64,000 nt of DNA, taken from contig NC_087472.1 in NCBI RefSeq assembly GCF_036321535.1, positions 95,296,001-95,360,000 on the forward strand, written 5' to 3'. The notes under the pieces are model-generated. The model ran no database searches and was not told the origin of the DNA. It saw only the letters and a program-made list of their open reading frames with translations. A program made the translations under genes and the position numbers. This document shows positions 25,131-36,691 of this stretch, in pieces (positions within the stretch are counted from its first letter, which is position 1; each line of letters begins with the position of its first letter). The stretch is from Camelus dromedarius (Eukaryota).

Positions 25131-26526
25131 ACAGGTCTCTGCTACAGATACGTACTTGGAAGTAATGAACAGAGCAATGGTTGTAACAGGAGGCCTAGTT
25201 CCCTCTCCTCCTATTTCCATATTTTAACTTCTGCTCCATTCCCCAAGAGAGAACAATATTAGGAAAATAACATAGACTCATCCCCAAGTTCCCTCCCTCA
25301 CTTCTTTCCAAGGGAAGTAAGATGGGTTTTTTGCTTAATGAAATTAGAATACAACATGGTGGCTCTTCTTCTGAATTTGTGAGCAAGTGCTTGACGCTGG
25401 CTGGGTTAGTGTGTTCCCGGCCTGCAAACGTATTCTCTGCCACACCCCTCAGTGTTCAAGCAGCAGGAGCCTTATTTTAGTACATAACAAACCATGTTAT
25501 CCATGACTACTTACTCCCCTAAGGCAGCCACATTTCTCTCAATACCATGAGAACAGAATAAACTGTAGCATCAAGAAAGACAAGAAGCAGACCTCAGAAA
25601 ATTAGGTACAAGAAAAAGAGGAGAAACAGATGAAAGAGAATGAGAACCCAGGGAGCTGGAAGGAAATTATTAAAGCGATTGAGACCTCAGGGAAGATGAG
25701 GATACCAAAGTCCATTAGGCAAACAGAATATGAGGGGAATTCCTTCATATTAATGAAAGCTATCTTTTGATGCACAAAAGATATCATATTAAATAATGAA
25801 ATGTTAGAAGGAATCTCTTTACTGTTAAGAAATCCAGGAGCTAAATGTAACAACTAATACTATAAAACTTCTAGAAAAAAAATAGGAGAAAAATGAAGCA
25901 CCATATTTTCTTTGTCTTGAAAGCCTGTATGCCTGAACTACAGCACTTTTATTCATCAATGAGAGACCATGGTTAAACTACTAACATACCTGGAAAAGAT
26001 AATGGCTGATAACATTCATGCTAAGATACAATAAAATTAATAACGTATCATCTCTGTGGTAAGTTGTAACCAATATTTCAGGAGGGTAGGGGAGAAGGCA
26101 GGCAGGGAGGTGGGCTGGCTAATCCAATCCAGAAAGCCTGCAGCTGATGACAGGACTGTATATCCTCTGTGAACAAGAGCTATGCAAGCACTGCCTTTTA
26201 TGACGTTCTAAGACACTAGAGTGTTGAGTTCCACTTGGTTTGTTCTTCCTGGAGGAGCCCCAATTGGCAGGGATGAGCCTTCTCTGGATGGAACTGATTA
26301 TGAGATGGCTGAGCTGAAAGAATATATAGTACAAGACTCAAAAGCCAGAGGACGACTGGGAATCAAACTCGGTTGTCTGTTAGCTGTGAAGAAACTCTGA
26401 ATATGAAACTATTTAAGTGAAGAAGAATAATTTGTGCTGTTAACTCCCTCGCCAGTGTCAAGGAGACACAAATGGGGCCTTAACCAAATTAATAACAGTT
26501 TTCTCTTCTTCAGAAACAATAATGTG

Positions 26527-26862
26527 GATTATCACTTAAGTTAAGTAAGTCAGGCAAAGACAAATATCATATGTCACTTATATGTGGAATCTTAAAAAAA
26601 AAAAAAAAGATATGAATGAATTTATGAACCATAAATAGATTCACAGACATAGAAAACAAACTATGGTTACCAAAGGGGAAAGGAGTCAAGGGGAGGGAGA
26701 AAATTAGGAGTTTGGGATTAACATACACACATTACTCTATATAAAATAAACAACAAGGACCTACTCTATGGGTACATATATATGTATAGGTATAACAAGC
26801 ACTTTGCTGTACACGTGAAACTAACACATCATTGTAAATCAACTATTTTTCAATTAAAAAAA
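26527..26862 (+). mobile_element. L1 3' end
   Basis: 'cacttatatgtggaatct', 'ggttaccaaaggggaaagg', 'cattgtaaatcaacta', A tail. Confidence 0.88.
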
Positions 26863-27144
26863 TAACAAGAATTTTATGCCTGAAACACTACTTTACACTG
26901 TAAATAGTACATTATTTGATCTCTAGTCTTCTTTATGGGCAAAGATGGTTCTGCAAGTATTTTGAATCCCCTAAGATTTTTGGTCCCCATGGGAGTGAAG
27001 GATTGCTACATGGTTGCTACAGATTCTTTGGTGGGATATCTGATCATCGGTAAAGGGGGTTTAAGACTCAAATTGCACACATATAATCAGAGCTCCAATA
27101 AATGGAGGCATTAATCTCACCAGGCATGAACAGATTCTTTATTA

Positions 27145-27350
27145 GTGCTAATAGAACTTGCTACAATCATAGAAATATTCTTTATCTGTGCTGCCCAATA
27201 TGGTGGCCACTGGTCACATAGGGTCTGAGAATATGAAATGTGCTCATGCAACTGAAAAACTGACTTTTTGACATTTACTTAATTTTAATTTATTAAAGTT
27301 TAAATTTAAATAACCATATGTATTAGTGGTTACTATATTAGACTGCTCAG
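27145..27350 (-). mobile_element. MER3-like hAT MITE
   Basis: 'ctgtgctgcccaatatggtggccact', 'aaatttaaataaccatatg'; reverse-complement similarity to the 16043 copy. Confidence 0.7.
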
Positions 27351-27805
27351 TTTTATTCAGTCCAATGATCTTGGTTTCTCTGAATGTTAAGGATATGATC
27401 ATTTCTTTTCTTTTTCTGCTCAACTGACTATAAATAGACTGAATCTCAATTTCCTATTCAGATTGAGAAAGACCTGGGCTGAAGCTTCCTTTTATAGGTG
27501 GGACCAAGATACAGAGCAGAAAGAGCACAGCGCCCCACTGCATGAAAACTACAGTTTCTTCTCTGTAGCTGTGATTTGTAATAAATCATCTAGTTTCCCT
27601 TTGGAAATGCCTGTCTTTGGTTCCCTCTCCTATGCTGGAGCTCTCTGAGATCTGGTGCCAGCAGCAATCCCTGGTAGGTGATGCTAAGTATAATAGAGAT
27701 AATATCAATAGACATGAAACTAATGTATTTTCATCTCAGGTAATCCAAGTCCTGAAGTTCTGAGCTCAAGGGCTACGCTAGAGTTCCACAAATCCAAAAC
27801 CCACC

Positions 27806-28183
27806 TGTTAGTGGCTGAATTGTGTCCCCACTGAAATTCCTGTGTTGAAGCCTTAACCCCCAGTACCACTGAATGTGACTGTATTTGGAAATAGGGCCTT
27901 GAAAGAGATGAATAAGGTAAAGGAGGCCTTGAGAGTGGGCCCAAATCCAATCTGACAGGTGTCCTTATAAGAAGAGGAAATTTGGATACACAGAGACATG
28001 AGGCACCCAGAGGAAAAATCAAGTGAGGACACAGAGAGAGGGCAGCCTCAGGAAAAAAAATTAACCCAGCCAGCACCTTGATCTTGGACTTCCAGCCTCC
28101 AAAACTATGAGAAAATAAATTTCTGTTATTTAGGCCACTTAGTCTGTGGTATTTGGTTATGGTGGCCCCAGAACACTAATAAA
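27806..28183 (+). mobile_element. MaLR solo LTR (MLT1A/B-like)
   Basis: MLT1A-type 'gctgaattgtgtcccc', 'accttgatcttggacttccagcctcc'; perfect 5-bp TSD CCACC (27801-27805 / 28184-28188). Confidence 0.9.
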
Positions 28184-28929
28184 CCACCTCTCAGGTTTTG
28201 ATGGACTGTGAAGCAGAAGAAAAAGGTGGGCAACAAGGAAGTCTCATGTACACCCACCTCGGCCTCTCCTCCAACTCAAGCTCAAAAAGGGAAGGAAGAG
28301 AAAGAGAGGCTTTAGAAACATCAGGAGTCGTGGCTGTCTGCTGTGCACGTGGGATGGAGAATGTGTGAAGCTGAAAACCCTTAGGAGAACCTCAGTTACG
28401 GCCTGGATGCCACTCCCTTGATGGCGTAGAGGGGATAGTATGAAGTAGAAAGAAACGTCCAGGACCTGAGTCAGCTGCACTGCTTTTCCATAACATCTCT
28501 GTATAAACCGTGGGCACCAGAAGAGATAGCCCACAGTATACACACCCCAAACCCCACTGCCCAAAGCAGCAAACCTCACAGCCTACATCCTAAACCTGTA
28601 GGGAATCATCTCTATGTGGCAGGGAAAACTTCACGACTTGAGGTCCTTCCAGGATGATTTGGAGTTAAGGATTACAAAGATGGAAAACAGACTGGTTCAG
28701 TATTTCCAAAACTGTATCCTACCTCAAGCTATTAATAGAAAGTATCAGGAGAGTTCCCGGGAATATTTTATGAGGGGAAAAAATACATGCTACTTAATTA
28801 AAACTTGAGGCTTCCCTTGTTCGATTTGTACTGAATGGGCAGAGCTGAGATTATTTAAAATGTTCATGGCATTAACCAATTCGTTCAAGGGAGACACCCT
28901 CCGTGATTCGAATCTGGGCAGGAAACGTC

Positions 28930-29135
28930 TTCAGAGTTAAGAGACTAAGTACTATATATAAAATAAACAAGTTTCTTCTGTATAGCACAGGGAACTATAT
29001 TCAATACCTTGTAGTAACTTATAATGAAAAAATGTCAAAACGAATATATATATTTATATGCATGACTGAACTATGACACTGTACAACAGAAGTTGACACA
29101 CAACACTGTAAGGTGACTATATTTCATTAAAAAAG
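28930..29135 (+). mobile_element. Young L1 extreme 3' end
   Basis: Similar to 2200-2400 ('tatagcacagggaactatattcaataccttgtagtaac'); A/GA tail. Confidence 0.85.
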
Positions 29136-30354
29136 AGAGAGAGAGAGAGAGACAAGCACTAGCAAATGTATAAAACCAGATACAAAAAACGGAACAGCAC
29201 TGCCATCGGAACCAGGTGAAGTCACCCTGTACATCATGGGAGTACCCCTGACCCCATACCAGGTCACCTGGCTGCTCATGAGAGGCAAAGAGCCATTGAA
29301 CCAACCCTTTCTGAATCCCCCAGGAGGACCCCCTACAGCCGATCCTTCTGGTCTCACAGCCTTTAGGAGAAGAGTAGCTTCACAATTTTCACACATTCTG
29401 TTTCTCCCAACATATTAAACACACACACCCTCCTCCCTTCTGGGCCTTAATCCTTTCCCCTACTCCACCCAGCAAATATTTTGACCTGGCTCTTTTCACA
29501 GAGCTGGGTTTCATTTGTGCGTTTTTGTTGGTTTTTAATTTTGAGCTCATTTTATTATTATGTCAAGTACTCAGCAGGCACCTCACCCTAATCCTGCTCA
29601 CGTTCCCAGTGCTGATTGTCACCCTGTCCCAGAGCCTCATCCAGGCCCTGAGAACCTCATGAAAATAGCAGCTGGTCCTCAGGGCCACTTCCCACTTTTA
29701 GAAACATCTTCGATTTTTCCATTCTCAAAATGTGTCATTTTTAGCTGACTGTCAACCAATGTGTTGGGCTCAGAGTATCTAATACCTTCCGTGGTTTTAT
29801 TTTATTCAAACAGAGGACAGTAAAGAATTCAAATATCTGAAACCCACTCTTAGAAACCGGAGGCGAGGGATAATATTGAGAGGCAGAAAGCCCTGTCTCA
29901 CACCTCCACAAATAAAAACAAAATCCAAAGAAATCTGAAGAAATCCAAAATTGGCCACACTTGGACACTGGTTTTGCTTTTTGAGGCTGCTTCCAAGCTA
30001 CAGATGATGGAGGAGTCTGGAATGTGGTCCACATACTCAAATAGCCTTACTATTAACAGTTGAAGCCACTTTGTCAAATTATTTCCATGGCAGCTGAATT
30101 TCACAGGAGATTAAGCGTCTGGCAGGAGATTAATTAGATGCAACATCTACTGCATGATTTTTAAATATTGCACACAATTCTGCCAGGGTAAATACAGGCT
30201 AAAATTTACTGTCTATCTCCCAAGGTCTCAAGTTTAAAAGTATATCAATGCAGTAGTAAGTGTAGGAAGTTGGTGAACTTGATGAAAAAGCTGATTTTTC
30301 TCCCCACCCCACCCCCAAGTTGTAAATATGTATCTTTTGACTTAACAAAGTATC

Positions 30355-30900
30355 CTTTGTCTATTTGGAAAGAATTTCAAACTTAGAGAAGAGTTGCAAG
30401 AATGAAACCAAAAAACACCTTCACAGCCCTCAGCCAGATACATCAATTGCTAACATTATTTCCCTGAAGCATTTGAGTGTAGATTGTAGACATTAGGGCC
30501 CTGTACACATGAATGCTTCAGTGTGTATTTCCCAAGGACAAGAACCTACTAATACATAACTGCAATACAATCAGAAAACTCAGGAAATTTAACATCCCCA
30601 TAACATTAATACATAGTATAGAATCTGTCTTCCAATTTTTGCCATATGTCCTAATAACCCCACTCCCACCCACCAGCTATACGTAACTAATCATTAATCT
30701 CCAGTTTATCCTTCTTGGGTAAATTTTTAGAAAAAGGAACAGATACTAATACATTTTCTTATTTACCTTCTTTTGTTATGCAAAGTAGCATACTATCAAT
30801 ATTTCTTTTGCACTTTGTTTTTTACTTAACAATAGATACTGGAAACTACTTCTTTTCAGTTTGCAAATATGTGAAATGCTTTATTTTTCCCGTATCATTC
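30355..30900 (-). mobile_element. Old L1 3' fragments (L1MC/ME-like)
   Basis: 'aatttcaaacttagagaagagttgcaagaat', 'cttcagtgtgtatttcccaaggacaagaac', 'caggaaatttaacat'. Confidence 0.65.
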
Positions 30901-31822
30901 CAATTTTAGAGTAAGCGCTGCCAAGGTGAGCACTAAACAAGGTGTTTTATGTGAGGTCAGTAATTGTATAGGATAGTGCTGGTTAAAAGTGGCTCCGTGG
31001 ACTCGTGGACAGACATGGTTCACTAACTATGTATTATCAGTCCTCAAGGACATAGAGATACAGATTGAAAGTAAGTACTCTTGCAAACTTGCCTTAATAA
31101 TTTGGCCAAGTAATTTTATGTCTGTTGAATCTTATAATCTTTTCTAAAACTTGGATTGTATTTTCTATCTCTGTTACTTCATTTTTCTAGTGATTAATTT
31201 TTATTGTATTTTATAAAAGTATCTGTCCACAATTAGTTTTGAATTTAAAAGACACCTTTTCTTCTCCTACTGTTTAAGAGGAACTCTCTGTGTGTTAGAA
31301 AAAAAGAACAAGTTTAAAATGACAAATTCTTAAAGAAGTAATTTTAGTAGAAAGTAAAGGATTATATTAACTCGGCCAAGGTGATAGATATTGAAAATGC
31401 GAACATTTAATTTAATTCAATTTAACAAACAGCTGCTTACCAACTTCTACATATAAGAGAGGATATCTCTGTTGATTTTTAAGGGAAACTAGGAATAAGC
31501 AATGGTAATATGAGATTTAGAGTTAGAGGTGTAGTCTCAAGTTCAAATCCCAGCCTCACCCCTCTACCAGCTAAGAATAAATGCTTACCTTCTTTGATTA
31601 GTTCCTTTTTCTATAAAATAGGAGGAAATTATCAAATTCACGTAATTGTTGTAAGGATAAAAAGAGCTTAAACTAGGAATTAATATCTGTAGATATGATT
31701 TGTTTGGCACAGATTGTTTTCATTATTGAGTGTCTTTAGAAGGAATATCCTGTTTAGACTGGCCTACTAGTTTCCACTGAATTATATCCCACCTCTACTA
31801 ACATATGCCATCTTTAAGCTCC

Positions 31823-32756
31823 TGAAACCAAGCAGGACCCTTTGGGACCTTCCAGGGCACAAAAGCCTTTCTGTGTGTGTCCCCATTTCTCATTTGCAGG
31901 ATGAAGGCTTCAGCCTCCTAGACCTTACTAAATATCAAAGGGCAGATTCAAACAGTTATAACCAGGGAAGGGAGGGAATGCTGGGAACAGTTACAACCTG
32001 GGAAGGGAGGGAATGCTGGGAACAGTTATAACCAGGGAAGGGAGGGAATGCTGGAAACAGTTATAACCCGGGAAGGGAGGGAATGCTGGGAACAGTTACA
32101 ACCAGGGAAGGGAGGGAATGCTGCGAACAGTTATAACCAGGGAAGGGAGGGAATGCTGGGAACAGTTACAACCCGGGAAGGGAGGGAATTCTGGGAACAG
32201 TTACAACCAGGGAAGGGAGGGAATGCTGGGAACAGTTACAACCAGGGAAGGGAGGGAATGCTGGGAACAGTTACAACCAGAGAAGGGAGGGAATGCTGGC
32301 AACAGTTACAACCAGGGAAGGGAGGGAATGCTGGGAACAGTTACAACCAGGGAAGGGAGGGAAGAAGAGGAACAGGCAAGAAATGACAGTGCAGCTATTA
32401 CAGCAGGGTCTTGGTTCCTGCTCACCGGATGTACATAATGGTCGGTATCTCTGAGATCTTCTGCAGGAACTAAGGCCCCACCCAGGTGGAGGATGGTAAC
32501 TTCGGGCTGAGCTCAAGATTCCTGTTACCTCACCACCAACCAATCAGAAGAAAGTCACACACCCTGCAGCCCTCACCCCAAATTTGCCCATAAAAACTCC
32601 TCTCTGAAAACCATCAGGGAGTTTGGGTTTTTCGAGCATGAGCCGCCTGTTCTCCTTGCTTGGCCCTGCGATAAACCTTTGTCTGCTCCAAGCTCCGATG
32701 TTTCCTTTTGTTTGGCCTCACTGTGCCTCAAGCACAGGAACTCGTTTTTGGTAACC
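31823..32756 (+). mobile_element. ERV1-type solo LTR (family B) carrying an internal minisatellite
   Basis: Start TGAAACCAAGCAGGACCC is identical to 36692; CCAAT at 32540, CATAAAA at 32589, degenerate poly(A) signal GATAAA at 32670; 3' end 'ttggcctcactgtgc...ggtaac'. Confidence 0.88.
31952..32363 (+). repeat. 35-bp minisatellite, 11 full units plus 1 partial (ACAGTTAYAACCAGGGAAGGGAGGGAATGCTGGGA)
   Basis: Units start every 35 nt from 31952 to 32337, head-to-tail, with no spacers. Confidence 0.97.
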
Positions 32757-33224
32757 TTCCCATTTTAATTTCTGGATTAATGCCTTGGTGAATATTAGCC
32801 TGAATAAGAAGGTGGTACTCAGCCTCAGAGGCTGCTAAATCAAGGATTAAATCTAAATACGTATTTGAAAACTGCTCAGCCAGAGGTCAAGCAGATACTT
32901 CATATTCAGACCAATGAACTGATCATCTAGTTTTTGTTCTTCTAAGTATACATTTTTGGAGTAATCTCTAAAACTTTTAAACCAAAGTTTCTGAGTTATC
33001 TAGTAATAAAGAAGAGTCTGTGGTAGGAAAGAAGAAAAAAGGCACTCTAGAATAAGAGTCACTCTTGAAATTCTTCTTACAGTTCCTCATCTGCCCTATT
33101 TTTTTTTTTTTTTTTTTTTTTATATAATGTCTTCGTTTCCTTGCCTCTTCAAAAACTGCTTTTCTGGCATCCAAACTGATTTTGAGATTGAGTTTCCATT
33201 TAAAAAGCCTAAATTGGAAGTTAA

Positions 33225-33395
33225 GACGGAAGCAAAGCACAAATAGAAACTGAAACTTGAACGCTGCCCGGGCCCCTGCTGAATAGCTACGGAAGCAGCG
33301 GGCTGGGGGTGGGCCGCTCGGGACGCTGCCGCTTCCCCGCGAAGCCCCGCGGCCCTGGCTGCTGTGGTCAGCGCTTCTTTGCTGACGTCTAGTCC
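33225..33395. promoter_or_regulatory. Small CpG-rich candidate enhancer/promoter with ISRE, ETS, GC-box and CRE-like motifs
   Basis: GAAACTGAAACT at 33246-33257; CGGAAG at 33227 and 33290; GGGGTGGGC near 33306; TGACGTC at 33383; locally dense CpG. Confidence 0.55.
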
Positions 33396-33530
33396 ACAGG
33401 CAGTTTTTGTTCCCTCTAAAAAGCTAATTTAAGGATTTTATTCCTAAGAGCAATCTGGTTGTACAGTCCCCAAGATGTACTGGTTCATATGTACTCCATC
33501 GAGGATACCGGATTTCTATTAGATGACAGA

Positions 33531-33532
<2 letters not shown>

Positions 33533-33588
<56 letters not shown>
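33533..33588. repeat. (GT)28 perfect microsatellite
   Basis: Read directly. Confidence 0.98.
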
Positions 33589-33593
<5 letters not shown>

Positions 33594-34029
33594 CAAGAAC
33601 AAGAGTGACAGAGAGAGAGACGAGATGCTAATTTGAGGACCTGGAAAAAAATTTCAGGCAGAAAATATTCTTAAAACCGAAGCACAGTTTTAATGGTAGA
33701 TTATTGCAATAATGGTCCACAGTGTGTTGACATCTCCCTATATCTGTGCCTTTCAGATTTCCCCTCTTGCACAGTCTCTGGGCTGGGCCATATGACTTCC
33801 CTTGGTCCTTGGGAGATTTGAAAAATGCCTGTGAGTAGAGACGCTTCCTTTTGCTGGAAACTGCTGGCCCAGTGAACAAGCCCATGCTAATCTGCTAGGA
33901 GATTAGGGACACATAGACCAGTTGTCCTGTCACCCTGGCTGACAAGCAGCCAGCCCTGAAAGCAGGACCACATGGCTGACCTGCATCTAAATGTAGATGC
34001 CTGAAGAAACCCCACTAAGACCAAAAGAA

Positions 34030-34815
34030 AAAAAAAATTAGGGTTAGAGCAAATATTATATGATCCCAATTACATCATAAATCTAAAATAGTCAAATTTA
34101 TAGAAGCAGACAGTAGACTGTGGTTGCCACAGGCTGGGGACAGGGGAACATGGGGAGGTATTAATCAGAGGGTACAAAGTTTCAGTGGTACTGAAAGAGT
34201 AGAAAACTAACAAGATGGCTCTTGAGTTGTTCAGGCCTGTACTTCTGGCTAAACTGATCGTACGACTAACAGGGTCCCCTCCCTGTACACTCTTTTCTTA
34301 GAATAACTTCTCCTTTTACCCTAGAGGTCTTGAAAGAAGGTCACGCACTGAACCTTAGGAAAATGGGCAGACCCTCCTCAGTTCCTCCACAACAGCAGCA
34401 AGTTCTCATCAAGATGAAGAGAACGCAACCCCCTGTGAAATGCCCTGTGTTATCACCTTTTCTGTTCCATCCAGTTTTTCTACAAAACCGCAAGACCTCA
34501 ACCCCAAGAGGGGCCCACAGGCTTTAAGGCACGAGCCAGCTGTGACTCCCTCTGCCACGCAAAGCGATAAAGCTCTTTTTTTCTATCCTCCCAAAACTCT
34601 GCTCCCACTCTCAATGCAGCTATAGGGGTGCAGAGGCTAGTTTTTCGGCAACAGTGTAAGATGAGTGAGTCATGGAGATCAACTGTACAGCGTACAGCCT
34701 ACAGCTAACAATCCTGTATTGTATACTTGAAAATCTGCTGAGGGTACATCTTACATTGAGTTCTTATCACAAAAATAAGTAAATAAATTATTTTTTAATA
34801 AAAGAAAGAGGGCAG
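34030..34815 (+). mobile_element. L1 3'UTR fragment (L1MA/MB-like) split by an LTR
   Basis: 'aatagtcaaatttatagaagcagacagtaga', 'gggtacaaagtttcagt', resumes 'aagatgagtgagt...tattgtatacttgaaa'. Confidence 0.8.
34192..34653 (+). mobile_element. ERV solo LTR inserted in the L1
   Basis: TG...CA ends ('tgaaagag'...'cggcaaca'), GATAAA poly(A)-like signal; L1 sequence resumes on both sides. Confidence 0.75.
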
Positions 34816-34901
34816 TAGGAAAAATTATTTACCCAGCTCAGCACTGCCTAGCTTGTCAACCTACAGAATCGTGACTCAAATTAATGGCTTTTGTCTTAAA
34901 C

Positions 34902-35354
34902 TGTGAAGGAAAAGCTGGGCTCGTCTAACAAGATAACTCAACAGGTCTAGGAATGTGAAGGAGAGGCTGGGCTGGGCTAACAAGTCTAAGTATTGGAATA
35001 CTGATCTGAGTTCTGCTGGACTAACTTGTAAATCTAAGTTAATTAGTGTTGGTTTGCTGTTTATGTTTTTTGCTAGCCAGCTGGATTTTCAAAGATACAT
35101 ATCTGGCTTTGGAATGTTGGTTTGCTGCCTCCCCGCCTCCACTTTTGTGATGATAGTGCTGCTAAAGTTGTTCCATTCCTATTGGCCGAATACCCCAAGC
35201 TTGTACTTTACCCTATAAAACCTCATGTGCACATCTTGAAGGTGCTCAGAGCTTCGGAGCAGAAGCCCCTCTGAGCCCGCCGGCGTAATACATCTGAGTA
35301 CTCCAACCCTCCGAGTGGTGCTTGTTTCTTGACTGGCCTGTCATTTCCGTAACA
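34902..35354 (+). mobile_element. Young ERV1-type solo LTR
   Basis: TG...CA ends, TATAAAA at ~35214, perfect 4-bp TSD AAAC (34898-34901 / 35355-35358), retained CpGs, internal duplication of 'tgtgaagga..gctgggct..ctaacaag'. Confidence 0.9.
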
Positions 35355-35605
35355 AAACCACTAAGTTTTGGGGTGCCTTGTTACACAGCTATAACTCATA
35401 CAAGCTCATTTGAGTTTGGTTTCTTACCAGCATTAGAAAAATGCAAAATGGTAATATCCTTATTATGTTTCCAATTTCAGGATGATTCCCTGTAAGAGAG
35501 ATGCTACAAAGAAAAATCACTTCTATTCATTACAGCAAGTAAAAGTTACAGCCATCTATTTTCATTCTTCTGAAGAGTTCATTTTAATATCATTATCTTA
35601 AAGGC

Positions 35606-36086
35606 TGTGAAGGGGAGCAGAGTGGGTTACCCCCAAAATATGCTAGTTTGGCATGAGGATTATTTTGATTTGATCTGACCTAAAGGTGATCAAAATCCAG
35701 AAGATTAAGGAAAAGCTCTTTTCCTCCCCCTCCACTACCTAAATTTACATTAGAAAGGGGCTCAGTACCAGGAAGAGCGTGCTCACCAGAAACACCATTT
35801 TACCTAAGAAACTTACATGCATAACAGGGCATGTTTGTTTCCCAAACATCTCCTCTTCTAAAGGCCTTTCTTCCCTTCGCATCCTCAGACCCCTACTTAT
35901 TTCCTTAGCTTGGGATGTGGTATTTGAGCCTCAGTGACCTGGCTGCTCTTTGGGTCTCACATATTTATGGGGCTCCCATAATTACAAAATGTGTTTTTCT
36001 CCTCTCAATCTGTTTTATATCAATGTCATTATTAGAGCAGCCCAAAAACCTAGAAGGGAAGAAGGGAAAAATTTTCCACCCCTGCA
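35606..36086 (+). mobile_element. ERV1 solo LTR (MER34/MER39-like, family C)
   Basis: 'ccccaaaatatgctagtttggcatgaggattattttga'; 3' end 'gaagggaaaaattttccacccctgca'. Confidence 0.75.
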
Positions 36087-36691
36087 ATTTCAAGTGTTGA
36101 GTCTATGATTTGACACTGAAATAATTTCTGAAAAATATTTAGCACAGGGCCTGGAAAATATTAGGTTCTCAGACAACACTTGTTTAGAAAAGGAAAACAC
36201 TGAACAAGGACAATAAAATAAATACTTAGGCAACTCAAAGATTAACAATCAATGCCACATCTAGAGAAAGGCTTTCAAACGCATGATTTCATATGATCGA
36301 AACCATAATGCAATCCGTCCAGCTCTCCTTCCTGCGCAGTCGGTGAGAGAGCCACTGAAGACAGGATTTAAAAGGTCTAAGAGAAAAAGCCCTGTGTGGG
36401 AAAGGTTTAACAGCAAGCCTTTAACTGACTCTCCACCCACCAGATGAATGATTTTGACTGGACATCCTTATAAACAGGCTAATGATGTTGCCAGCAGATT
36501 TTTCTAAATGTAAATAAACCTAGAATTTGTGGGTTTGTGAGATATAGTCACCTGGGGATAACAGGTGGTCCAATAAGCTATCTAATTAATAGTGTTTAAA
36601 AAACAAACCAAACTGGCTTCCTGTCCTGAGGAGTTTGCATACATTTCCCGATACTCATCTGTTATGCTGAGATTCAAAAAGCACCTCATAC

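Larger units (their letters stand above)
33685..35401 (+). mobile_element. Old MaLR LTR (MLT1-like) hosting an L1 fragment and two ERV LTRs
   Basis: 'ggctgggccatatgactt', 'gaacaagccc'; 3' end 'cactaagttttggggtgccttgttacacagctataactcataca'. Confidence 0.65.

Noticed and set aside
31952..32363. CRISPR-like array (35-bp periodicity)
   Set aside because: The units are head-to-tail with no unique spacers, there are no cas genes, and the array lies inside a mammalian LTR.
32048..32438. Repetitive ORFs of 112 and 106 aa
   Set aside because: They are translation artefacts of the 35-bp repeat cycling through reading frames.
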